From the IMG/VR virus record IMGVR_UViG_3300042542_003555, positions 1-64,000 of that record: a stretch of 64,000 bases of DNA. One strand, written 5' to 3'. The position numbers and the translations under genes are program-made. Source of the DNA: a virus. The stretch's first letter is position 1. Each line of letters opens with the position of its first letter. Below, in pieces: positions 1 through 7,469 of the stretch. Under the pieces are notes generated by a model that saw only the letters and a program-made list of their open reading frames with translations, had not been told where the DNA came from and did not search any database.

Positions 1-135
1 CATTCCATTATAACCAATAGAAACAATTCTATCTTCTTTAACTATAATAGCACCAACTTGTAAACGAACTGCTGATGATAATTCAGCAAATCGTTTTGCT
101 ACATCCATGTATGCTCTAATATATTTTTGTTTCAT
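1..135 (-). CDS. cd: dCMP deaminase, 5' part (runs off the window)
   Basis: Manual translation MKQKYIRAYMDVAKRFAELSSAVRLQVGAIIVKEDRIVSIGYNGM; the S...R.QVGA.IV....I.S.GYNG pattern is typical of dCMP deaminases. Confidence 0.85.
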   Translation of the reverse strand, partial: MKQKYIRAYMDVAKRFAELSSAVRLQVGAIIVKEDRIVSIGYNGM

Positions 136-144
136 AATAATCTT

Positions 145-221
145 TGGTGGGCCGGGAGAGGTTCGAACTCTCTATCTCCCGATTATGAGTCGGATGCCTA
201 TACCATATATGCTTCCGGCCC
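145..221 (-). tRNA. tRNA with CAT anticodon (probably Ile2, otherwise Met)
   Basis: GGGCCGG/CCGGCCC acceptor stem, anticodon arm TCCGA-CTCATAA-TCGGG, T arm GAGAG-TTCGAAC-CTCTC, encoded CCA; the CGA-CTCATAA-TCG arm resembles Ile2 rather than fMet. Confidence 0.85.
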
Positions 222-227
222 ACGTTT

Positions 228-302
228 TGGTCCGGCGTGAGGGAATCGAACCCCCATTAAGAGTTTAGAAGACTCCTGTCCTATCCGTTGAACGAACGCC
301 AG
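228..302 (-). tRNA. tRNA-Arg(TCT)
   Basis: CTGGCGT/ACGCCGG acceptor stem, anticodon arm GGAGT-CTTCTAA-ACTCT, T arm GGGGG-TTCGATT-CCCTC, encoded CCA. Confidence 0.92.
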
Positions 303-575
303 TTATTCTTGATAATTTATCTTATTGACAAATTTAAATTTCTGTTCTTCTGTCCACTCTTGAAGATACGCATTATCTTTGTTAAATACCTTCAAATATT
401 CTGCATCATCTATTTCACGAACAGAGGTGATATTTTCATCAACATGATATTGAGAAAATTCTTTTAAGTTTCCATCATTACAAACAACCTCGTCACATGC
501 ATGTCCTTCTTCTTTGGCTTCCACAACATAACGATGACGAAAGATACTCACAGTTTCAACCAAATATTTCTTCAT
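303..575 (-). CDS. hypothetical phage protein
   Basis: ORF; start MKKYLV chosen from the AAGGA SD spacing (alternative start 581). Confidence 0.7.
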   Translation of the reverse strand: MKKYLVETVSIFRHRYVVEAKEEGHACDEVVCNDGNLKEFSQYHVDENITSVREIDDAEYLKVFNKDNAYLQEWTEEQKFKFVNKINYQE

Positions 576-585
576 AGTCATTTCC

Positions 586-786
586 TTATGCATCAAACAT
601 ATTACGAACAATTTTATCTTTGATCATTGCAGGTACGCTTTGATATGGCCATTCAAGCCAAAATGGACAACCGTTGTTCCACTTACTGTTACGAATAAAA
701 TAGCCATATTCATCCAAATCTTTTTTGTTCTTAGGATTGAATATTCTACGATTATACATTGCCTGTGATAATTTATTCAGAATCAT
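586..786 (-). CDS. hypothetical phage protein
   Basis: 66-aa ORF with a 4-nt overlap with the upstream gene. Confidence 0.65.
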   Translation of the reverse strand: MILNKLSQAMYNRRIFNPKNKKDLDEYGYFIRNSKWNNGCPFWLEWPYQSVPAMIKDKIVRNMFDA

Positions 787-983
787 TTAACATACTCCAG
801 GTTATCTTTACGCATATAAAAAACTTTAGGGTGTTCAGATACTTCCTTAATGATAGGAAGAAATGCAACACCATCTATGTCCTTTACGGGCCAGTGAGAA
901 TAGGTGTAATAAACCTCATCAATATGAAGTCGATTACGAACTTTCTGTAAGATTTCTTTAGGTTTTTGATAAGATTTTTTCAT
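783..983 (-). CDS. hypothetical phage protein
   Basis: 66-aa ORF directly behind a sigma70-type promoter. Confidence 0.65.
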   Translation of the reverse strand: MKKSYQKPKEILQKVRNRLHIDEVYYTYSHWPVKDIDGVAFLPIIKEVSEHPKVFYMRKDNLEYVK

Positions 984-992
984 AGTGTATAT

Positions 993-1021
993 AGTGTATC
1001 ACAGGCAAATTCAAATGTCAA
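993..1021 (-). promoter_or_regulatory. sigma70-type (early) promoter
   Basis: TTGACA-17 nt-TACACT; the ATG is only 9 nt after the -10 box. Confidence 0.7.
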
Positions 1022-1023
1022 CA

Positions 1024-1044
1024 GGTGGGGCATTGCACCCCACC
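1024..1044 (-). terminator. GC-rich hairpin after hsp20 (probable terminator or stabiliser)
   Basis: GGTGGGG-TGCAATG-CCCCACC stem-loop 11 nt after the stop; weak U tract. Confidence 0.55.
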
Positions 1045-1055
1045 ATTACTACCAA

Positions 1056-1499
1056 TTACTTGGATTCTGTTTCTTTAATTGCAATTTTCTTAACAGTTTC
1101 TTGTGCATGGTAGAGATTTTCTAACCAAACTCTTAGCATTCCATTAACCATTTCAGCATCACCAACTTCTACTTTGTCGGCAATTGTAAATGTACGTTGG
1201 AAGGCACGGTTAGCGATTCCTTTGAACAGATAATCTTCACTTTCATTATCTTGTGTGGCACCTTTGATAACCAACTTGTTACCTTCTACAGTAACTTCAA
1301 TATCAGATTTAGCAAAGCCAGCAACTGCCATTTCAATGACATACTTGTTGTCTTTTACTTTCTTAATATTGTATGGTGGCCAGTTTGGTGCATTTTTGGC
1401 AATGTTGTTTGCGGTATCTTGTAACTGATCAAACAGCTTGTCGAAGCCAACGGTGAAGGGTTCGTAAACGGAACGGGAAGGGAATAGATTGAGAGTCAT
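1056..1499 (-). CDS. hsp20: small heat shock protein Hsp20 (IbpA-like)
   Basis: GFD.LF, WPPYNI, IEMAVAGF, YLFKGIANRAFQRTF and NGML motifs; AAGGAG SD before ATG at 1499. Confidence 0.95.
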   Translation of the reverse strand: MTLNLFPSRSVYEPFTVGFDKLFDQLQDTANNIAKNAPNWPPYNIKKVKDNKYVIEMAVAGFAKSDIEVTVEGNKLVIKGATQDNESEDYLFKGIANRAFQRTFTIADKVEVGDAEMVNGMLRVWLENLYHAQETVKKIAIKETESK

Positions 1500-1558
1500 G
1501 TAAGTCTCCTTAGTTAAGCGAGTTAATAAACTGTAGACCCCGAAGGCATCTACAGTCA
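1500..1558 (-). promoter_or_regulatory. ROSE-like RNA thermometer in the hsp20 5'UTR
   Basis: 5' UUCG-capped hairpin (1530-1556), then CUCGCUU (1516-1522) pairing with SD AAGGAG (1506-1511) with a bulged G. Confidence 0.7.
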
Positions 1559-1566
1559 TATTTATA
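1559..1566 (-). promoter_or_regulatory. T4-type late (gp55) promoter
   Basis: TATAAATA upstream of hsp20. Confidence 0.75.
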
Positions 1567-1585
1567 TCACACTAAGGATATTTTG

Positions 1586-1990
1586 TCAATCTCTTTGTAT
1601 TTTCTTGCCAATATTGTACTTAGGTACCAGCTCCCAATCATCTTTCTCACGGAAGCCAATGATCTTGATTTGAGATAAACCAACTTGTAGATTTTCCACT
1701 TGTTTTGGATTTACAAGTTTTACCAAACCCCAATCTTCTAATAATAGAGCGATAGTATTTCTACGTGCCAAGTCATTATCAGTAATATCAGTTGGTTTGC
1801 CATCTAATGCAAACAGTTCTTTGAAATGAACTATGTAATATTTACCTTGTTTATGTAAAATGTGGCAAGATTGATACAGTAGTTTTTCTTTTTTGGATGC
1901 TACACCAATACGAGTCAATGTTTCACGAACTTTCAGAAAATCATCTTTCGCATTAAGTGTCACCTCTATCATATCTTCTATACGAATCAT
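1586..1990 (-). CDS. regA: translational repressor RegA
   Basis: DDFLKVRETLTRIGVAS...LYQSCHILHKQGKYYIVHFKELFALDG; follows gp62. Confidence 0.97.
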   Translation of the reverse strand: MIRIEDMIEVTLNAKDDFLKVRETLTRIGVASKKEKLLYQSCHILHKQGKYYIVHFKELFALDGKPTDITDNDLARRNTIALLLEDWGLVKLVNPKQVENLQVGLSQIKIIGFREKDDWELVPKYNIGKKIQRD

Positions 1991-2379
1991 TATTTTGTCA
2001 CCCCGCCTTTATCTATTTTTGTTTTTATATAAGCGATTTGTTCATCAGACAAGATCCGTAGTGCCTCTTTGGCCTTGCTATCAGAGTATCCAAAATACTC
2101 TTTAATGCAAGCTAGATTCTTGTCAACCTCAGACTTCTGCCACGGTTGAAATTTCCGTTTCATAGGTCTGATAGTATTTAGAAGATAGTGGTATTGAAGC
2201 TTTTTATCTAAAAAGTGATTTGTATTCATCTGATTGACGTATGGAACACAATCTAAATGATAGGACAAAGCACGATTTACAATGAATGGATTATAGTCTT
2301 TTTCGTCATTTTCATCCAGAAGAACATCTTTCTTAGACTGAAGAATTGACGGTACGACTTCTTTGAATATGTCTGCCAT
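1990..2379 (-). CDS. gp62: clamp loader small subunit gp62
   Basis: YNPFIVNRALS, QYHYLLNTIR and YFGYS..KA.EAL motifs; synteny 45-44-62-regA. Confidence 0.93.
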   Translation of the reverse strand: MADIFKEVVPSILQSKKDVLLDENDEKDYNPFIVNRALSYHLDCVPYVNQMNTNHFLDKKLQYHYLLNTIRPMKRKFQPWQKSEVDKNLACIKEYFGYSDSKAKEALRILSDEQIAYIKTKIDKGGVTK

Positions 2380-3314
2380 TATGCAAACTCACACTCAACC
2401 ATCATTTCAGTCAAACATGCCATCAGATTAATTTCTTGGTCTGCGGCAAAGGCTGCTTGATATTGATACTTAGCCAAAACCAGCACGGTAGGAGGTATAG
2501 AACTAGACTGCAAATACTCATACATGTTATCGTATAGTTTACGATAGATACGAGCAGGGTCATTGTCTAGATTGTTTGTGACCCATTTACGAGCAGCAGC
2601 AAAGTCTTTTTCTTTGAGTGCTGTAATCAGTTCTTTTGTTTGAATGTCAGATACGGAAGAAAGAATACCTTTATCGATAGTTCCAGATGCAGAGTATCGT
2701 TGAAGTTCATTTAGAATACGACGATTATCTGGAAAGTGTTTTGTGATAACTGCGGCAACAACTTCTTTATCGTAAGTGATATTTTCTTCACCTAGAATCC
2801 ATTCAACCCGTTTCATAAATTGTGTAGCTAGTTTAGCTTTGCTACCATTTGTCTTGAAGTCAACAACGGCACAGCGGGAATGAATCGGATCAATAATACG
2901 ATTCTTGAAGTTGCAAGTAAAGATGAAAGAGCAATTCGATGAAAATTCTTCAATTGCTCCACGTAATGCAGGTTGTGTTGAGTTTGGATTTAGATAATCT
3001 GCTTCATCAATAATAATGACTTTGCGACCACCAGTAAGACTGACTGATGAAGCATAATTTTTGATTTTGTTTCTGAGAACATCAATACCCGATTCATCAG
3101 AGCCATTGATGATGATGTAATCACAACCTACTTCATCACACAAGGCTCTTGCAATTGTAGTCTTACCTACGCCCGCTGAACCAGACAGAAGAAGATTGGG
3201 AATCTCTTTTCTGTCAACATACTCCTGAAAAGTTTTCTTCAGACTATCATGAAGAATACAGTCTTCTACTTTACGAGGGCGATACTTTTCTACCCAAAGA
3301 ATTTGGTCGTTCAT
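2379..3314 (-). CDS. gp44: clamp loader large subunit gp44 (RFC-like AAA+)
   Basis: WVEKYRP, Walker A GSAGVGKT, DEAD, SRC motif. Confidence 0.97.
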   Translation of the reverse strand: MNDQILWVEKYRPRKVEDCILHDSLKKTFQEYVDRKEIPNLLLSGSAGVGKTTIARALCDEVGCDYIIINGSDESGIDVLRNKIKNYASSVSLTGGRKVIIIDEADYLNPNSTQPALRGAIEEFSSNCSFIFTCNFKNRIIDPIHSRCAVVDFKTNGSKAKLATQFMKRVEWILGEENITYDKEVVAAVITKHFPDNRRILNELQRYSASGTIDKGILSSVSDIQTKELITALKEKDFAAARKWVTNNLDNDPARIYRKLYDNMYEYLQSSSIPPTVLVLAKYQYQAAFAADQEINLMACLTEMMVECEFA

Positions 3315-3352
3315 TCACATGCTCCATAATAAAAAACATCTTAATTATTGAA

Positions 3353-3568
3353 TCAGTATTGATTCAATTCACCACTAATCATACCAGCAACATCCAAATA
3401 TCCTTCTTCAACAATCACATTACCATTTGACAATATAATCACAGTTTTTCCAATATATGGTTCCATTTCTGGAGTTGCTGCTTTCACTAGAGCAAAAACT
3501 GACACAACATTTTTTGGATTAATTGAAATAGAGTTTTTTGTTTCGGCTTCTGTAAACGTAAGTAGCAT
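3353..3568 (-). CDS. hypothetical protein
   Basis: 71-aa ORF with GAGGA SD between gp45 and gp44. Confidence 0.65.
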   Translation of the reverse strand: MLLTFTEAETKNSISINPKNVVSVFALVKAATPEMEPYIGKTVIILSNGNVIVEEGYLDVAGMISGELNQY

Positions 3569-3570
3569 AA

Positions 3571-4248
3571 TTATTCCTCAAAGGTTGATGAATCTTTTTC
3601 AGTTGCAATCCAATATTCAATTGGATCTTTTTTATTTTTGAAATGAGAAATTCCTTTTGATGAGACAGTAACTTCATAGCTACCAGGAATCATCTTGAGA
3701 TTCTCAGTTTTAAACACCGATTTGAATACTTTATCTGTTTCACCAATCTCAACAGAGTTGACATTTGCAGCATCATTTTTTGCATCAAAAGAAGTCAATT
3801 TCAATTTACCATTGACACCTTCAATTGCAACATGTGGAGATTGAAGTACATTTGCTGTTCTCATAATCCAATCATAATCTGATTCTTCAAGAGTAAATGA
3901 AACATCTTGAGATGGCATAATAACAGTTTTGTCGGGAGGTGTAACAATCATACTCTTATCAGTAAAACGATATTTAATCTTACTACGACCACCAAGCGAA
4001 TTAATGAGAATATGCTTTTCATCAAATTCAAGTTCTGGTGTTTCTTTTCCTAGAGATAAAACTGATAGAAAGTTATTCAAATCATAGACTGCAAATTCTT
4101 GCGGAATATCTTCTTGCAAAGTAGCCTGTGCCAGAACAGTTTTTGTGGATGAGACCGTTGATAGTGTGCTACCTTTTTTGAAAAGAATTCCAGAATTAAT
4201 TCCAGAAAAATTCTTCAGAATGATAAGTGTTTCATTTGAGAGTTTCAT
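3571..4248 (-). CDS. gp45: sliding clamp gp45
   Basis: MKLS.ETL.ILKNFS.IN, FAVYDLN.FL, ENLKMIPG.Y.V, YWIA.E. Confidence 0.95.
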   Translation of the reverse strand: MKLSNETLIILKNFSGINSGILFKKGSTLSTVSSTKTVLAQATLQEDIPQEFAVYDLNNFLSVLSLGKETPELEFDEKHILINSLGGRSKIKYRFTDKSMIVTPPDKTVIMPSQDVSFTLEESDYDWIMRTANVLQSPHVAIEGVNGKLKLTSFDAKNDAANVNSVEIGETDKVFKSVFKTENLKMIPGSYEVTVSSKGISHFKNKKDPIEYWIATEKDSSTFEE

Positions 4249-4552
4249 TTGTTTCTCCATTATGTAAAGAGTACATTATATCATGTTCATATAGAAACAT
4301 CAAGCAGCACATCGCATGTGCCAAGTGATGTAAACCAGATTCGGGGTCAAATTGTTCTCCTCTTTTCCATGCCCATATGTGTCTTTCCATTGCATCAAAG
4401 TACCTACGTTTTGAATCGGGTACTTTTTTCCAATTATCACGTTCATATTTTTGAGCACCAAAGGTTAAAACCTTTACTGTTTCTTCTAATGCAAGAGGAG
4501 GTAATAGGCCGTACTCTGATTTACCACCATCAAATTTACGACCTTGACCCAT
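4232..4552 (-). CDS. dATP/dGTP diphosphohydrolase-domain protein (DUF5664-like)
   Basis: K.D.GK....LLP, FGA.KY...NW, Y.DA..RH and DPESGL.HLAHA.C motifs. Confidence 0.85.
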   Translation of the reverse strand: MGQGRKFDGGKSEYGLLPPLALEETVKVLTFGAQKYERDNWKKVPDSKRRYFDAMERHIWAWKRGEQFDPESGLHHLAHAMCCLMFLYEHDIMYSLHNGETNETLK

Positions 4553-5448
4553 TACATTTCTCCAACGAAGTTTGCAATTGCTGGCATATCACCATGGAAG
4601 TGATAAGTTCCAATATGTGCGGTTTTCATCCATGGACATAGATAGATTTTTCCACCAATGTTTCTCCACCACTGACAGAACATATAATCTTCAGACAGAT
4701 ATCGGTGAGAAGCTTCTTCTTCTTTACCTAGAAGTTTTTTTGCTTCTGATTCTACATCTTCACCTTTTGCTGCTCTCTGTAGTAATTGATGAGCATCTTC
4801 AAATGTGTACCCCTTATCAATTACAGTATCGAAGTAGGCATGAATCATTCTTGAACCATCAAAATGTGCTTGTCCTACATGATCTGGTTTATAGTTGAGA
4901 TGTGGATAAGCATCTGCAAATTTTGCAAACACTTCACGTTTTACCATCATGAAACCAGTACCGATTTCCATAACTTCAAGAGGTTCAGTTACATTAAATT
5001 GTGCTGTTCCTTTTACAGGATTAAAAACAAAGTCACCTGCAAGTTTTTCTAAGCTTTGTGGTTCCATTTCTGGATGTTTTTGTAGTCCAGATTTAATGTT
5101 TTTCCACTTGATTGCTTTTTTAGGATAAGGACCACCAATAACGTCTTTGTCCAAAGCTAAAAGAGCAATAACATCTCTAGGATCAAAATTAATATCTGAG
5201 TCTAAGAACAATAAATGTGTGCAGTCTGAGCGACTTAGGAATTCATCAACAAGATAATTTCTTGCTCTTGTAATTAGAGATTCGTTAAATAGAAATGAAA
5301 ATTTTGTAGCAATACCATATTGCATACACATACCTTGTAAGTCAAGGCAAGATTTCATATATAGGCCATGATTCATGCCACCATACATTGGGGTAGCAAT
5401 GAATATACTTTTTTTTCTTAGTTCTTCTGTTTTAATGCTTATTTCCAT
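4552..5448 (-). CDS. GT-A fold glycosyltransferase-like protein
   Basis: IFIATPMYGG, ESLITRARN, HLLFLDSD (DxD), IGTGFMMVKR, LSEDYMFC, HIG. Confidence 0.8.
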   Translation of the reverse strand: MEISIKTEELRKKSIFIATPMYGGMNHGLYMKSCLDLQGMCMQYGIATKFSFLFNESLITRARNYLVDEFLSRSDCTHLLFLDSDINFDPRDVIALLALDKDVIGGPYPKKAIKWKNIKSGLQKHPEMEPQSLEKLAGDFVFNPVKGTAQFNVTEPLEVMEIGTGFMMVKREVFAKFADAYPHLNYKPDHVGQAHFDGSRMIHAYFDTVIDKGYTFEDAHQLLQRAAKGEDVESEAKKLLGKEEEASHRYLSEDYMFCQWWRNIGGKIYLCPWMKTAHIGTYHFHGDMPAIANFVGEM

Positions 5449-5464
5449 ATTGACCTCTAGGTGT

Positions 5465-5502
5465 AAAAAAAGGAGAACTACCTTTTGAGTAGTCTCCTTT
5501 TT
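5465..5502. terminator. intrinsic terminator (bidirectional form)
   Basis: A-tract-GGAGAACTAC-loop-GTAGTCTCC-T-tract, downstream of the HTH gene. Confidence 0.7.
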
Positions 5503-5513
5503 GTTTTCATGGA

Positions 5514-5786
5514 TTAGTTAGCAAAACTAAATCCACCTTTCAAAGCAGCTTGTACAAGCTTGCGGGTAGGTGTACCCATCTTGTAGTATTTTACTCTGCT
5601 GCCATTGTCGAGAGTTTTAGTGTTGGTATAGATGCAGTAACCTTCACGGCGAAGTTCCTCAATACGAGCAGAAACATTTTGAACACCGAAACGGCGTTGA
5701 GCTTGTGCAACTGTGAAAGTGTTGTAGCCTTCTTTTTGTTTCAAGGCATTCAACATGCGCTGTTTGGCTGATAGCTTTTGTGCCAT
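5514..5786 (-). CDS. winged helix-turn-helix DNA-binding protein
   Basis: FTVAQAQRRFGVQNVSARIEELRREGY.I pattern; AGGAGA SD; has its own promoter and terminator. Confidence 0.75.
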   Translation of the reverse strand: MAQKLSAKQRMLNALKQKEGYNTFTVAQAQRRFGVQNVSARIEELRREGYCIYTNTKTLDNGSRVKYYKMGTPTRKLVQAALKGGFSFAN

Positions 5787-5851
5787 ATCATGATCTCCTA
5801 ATAAAAAATAACAAAGTTAAAAAAATCCTTGCATAATCAGCAAGTTTTCAC

Positions 5852-5880
5852 ATCATATCATTATGTAGTGTGTGTGTCAA
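5852..5880 (-). promoter_or_regulatory. sigma70-type (early) promoter
   Basis: TTGACA-17 nt-TATGAT. Confidence 0.75.
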
Positions 5881-5897
5881 GTATTTCAGTGGTAAAC

Positions 5898-7469
5898 TTA
5901 CGGTTTATAGAAAACGAATACCGGTTCGTATTTTAACCATAATCCATTAACCTTGCAGAAATTCTTTGCTTTTGGTAATCCAGTCTCAGTATCAACTCTA
6001 TTACCACCAGGCATTTGAGCCAAAGACATTTTTAGTTTACCTTTATATTGCATGCCAAGTTCTTCTAGAATCTTTCTGCTATCTTCTTCAAGAGGTAACA
6101 TGTCACCTCCAAAAACAGCGTCGGCAATATTCCACAAAAGATAACGGTCAGACTGTAACCATTCAACAGCAGTTTCAAGCGTGGGTCGTAAGAAACCTTC
6201 TCGCCATTCTTGATATTGCCCAAACTTTTTATATGATTGTGTTGGGTCTTCTGAATATGCTTCTTTAGCAAAGTAAGGAGGTGATGTAAAGACCAGATCA
6301 AGTTTACCTTTATGCTTTTGGAAGTTTGGGTCATCTCTTATAACTTCTGAACCTAGTTGGTAGATTTCTGTTTCTGTGTGGGAGTGTTCATCTGCCCAGA
6401 GTCCACCTTTGTTAACATTCTTACGATAGAAATCAGCGACTTCATGATATTTTGTACGACCAGGAGTGGTATTATGATCAGTGTTAGGATCAGTCCCAAT
6501 ATAAAGAATATGACGGTCATCACGAATAGACATAGAGCCGAGAAGACGCCCAGACCAACCACTAGAAGGATCATAAATGCGGATAAGAGGTTGTCCAACC
6601 AAGTGCTGTGTAAATTTTTCATATAAGTATTTTGCAGTTAAAGGTGGAAAGTTTACAGCATACTGACAAAATGAAACTCTAAATGCTTTGAGTCCAACTG
6701 GAAATAATTTCTGTTTAAATTGATACGGGCGAATTTGATAATATTCTGACTTATCATAGTCAACATTAGTTTTGCATTTATCTGGAAGATTTAGCTTCTC
6801 AATATCATCTTTATGTATATACAAATATTTTTGATTTTTTAATTCTTCATTGTAGCCAGTATATTCTTTGTCTATATCTTTGGGTTGGAGCCAGTAGTCC
6901 CATTTTTCCTGTTTTCTAAATTCTTTTTCGAACTCCTCAATCCATCCAACAGCATCATTGGATACTGGAAGATATCCATAATGTTCTGATTCGCTTGCTT
7001 TAGCAACAAAAGAATAATGGTAAAAAGAATCCCGTTTAAAATGACGGGTAGCATATGTGATAAAAGTGTCAAGTAGTTCGTCCTTTGCAAAATAATCATA
7101 GATGGATTTACCATCATCTTTTTTTGTATAGTTGATGCGAGTCTTCATCATGGTGGGAAACCATTGATTAACTGCATTACCCACAACGCTTGTATTTCTT
7201 ATCACATCTTTTTCGCCTGTTAACTCATCAACCGCTTCAAATTTGTGTATAGGGAAAGAATGCATCTGATTGAATTGTTCTATGATTTCTTGTTCATCAT
7301 AGCCAACTCTAGGTGGAAGATTGTGATTATCCCACAAGTCAACGACGGTTTTACGAAGTTCTATTACCCACTGACGAAATTCGTCTTTGGACATCCAAAG
7401 AACTTCTTCAAAGTATTTATTGACTGGTGAATCTAACAGTTCACGATTCTTTTCATAAAACCATTTCAT
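5898..7469 (-). CDS. putative amino (N4-C/N6-A) DNA methyltransferase
   Basis: SAM-binding YDPSSGWSGR...YIGTDPN followed by catalytic FTSPPYF; long uncharacterised N-terminal half. Confidence 0.75.
   Translation of the reverse strand: MKWFYEKNRELLDSPVNKYFEEVLWMSKDEFRQWVIELRKTVVDLWDNHNLPPRVGYDEQEIIEQFNQMHSFPIHKFEAVDELTGEKDVIRNTSVVGNAVNQWFPTMMKTRINYTKKDDGKSIYDYFAKDELLDTFITYATRHFKRDSFYHYSFVAKASESEHYGYLPVSNDAVGWIEEFEKEFRKQEKWDYWLQPKDIDKEYTGYNEELKNQKYLYIHKDDIEKLNLPDKCKTNVDYDKSEYYQIRPYQFKQKLFPVGLKAFRVSFCQYAVNFPPLTAKYLYEKFTQHLVGQPLIRIYDPSSGWSGRLLGSMSIRDDRHILYIGTDPNTDHNTTPGRTKYHEVADFYRKNVNKGGLWADEHSHTETEIYQLGSEVIRDDPNFQKHKGKLDLVFTSPPYFAKEAYSEDPTQSYKKFGQYQEWREGFLRPTLETAVEWLQSDRYLLWNIADAVFGGDMLPLEEDSRKILEELGMQYKGKLKMSLAQMPGGNRVDTETGLPKAKNFCKVNGLWLKYEPVFVFYKP

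Noticed and set aside
4232-4552. Z-genome (2-aminoadenine) or 7-deazaguanine pathway
   Set aside because: No purZ, datZ, folE/queCDE or dpdA in the window; the diphosphohydrolase alone is not enough
6065-7117. Short alternative-frame minus-strand ORFs inside the methyltransferase (similar ones lie inside gp47, uvsW, gp23, gp18 and fibre genes)
   Set aside because: Fully nested in longer motif-bearing ORFs, with no independent signals
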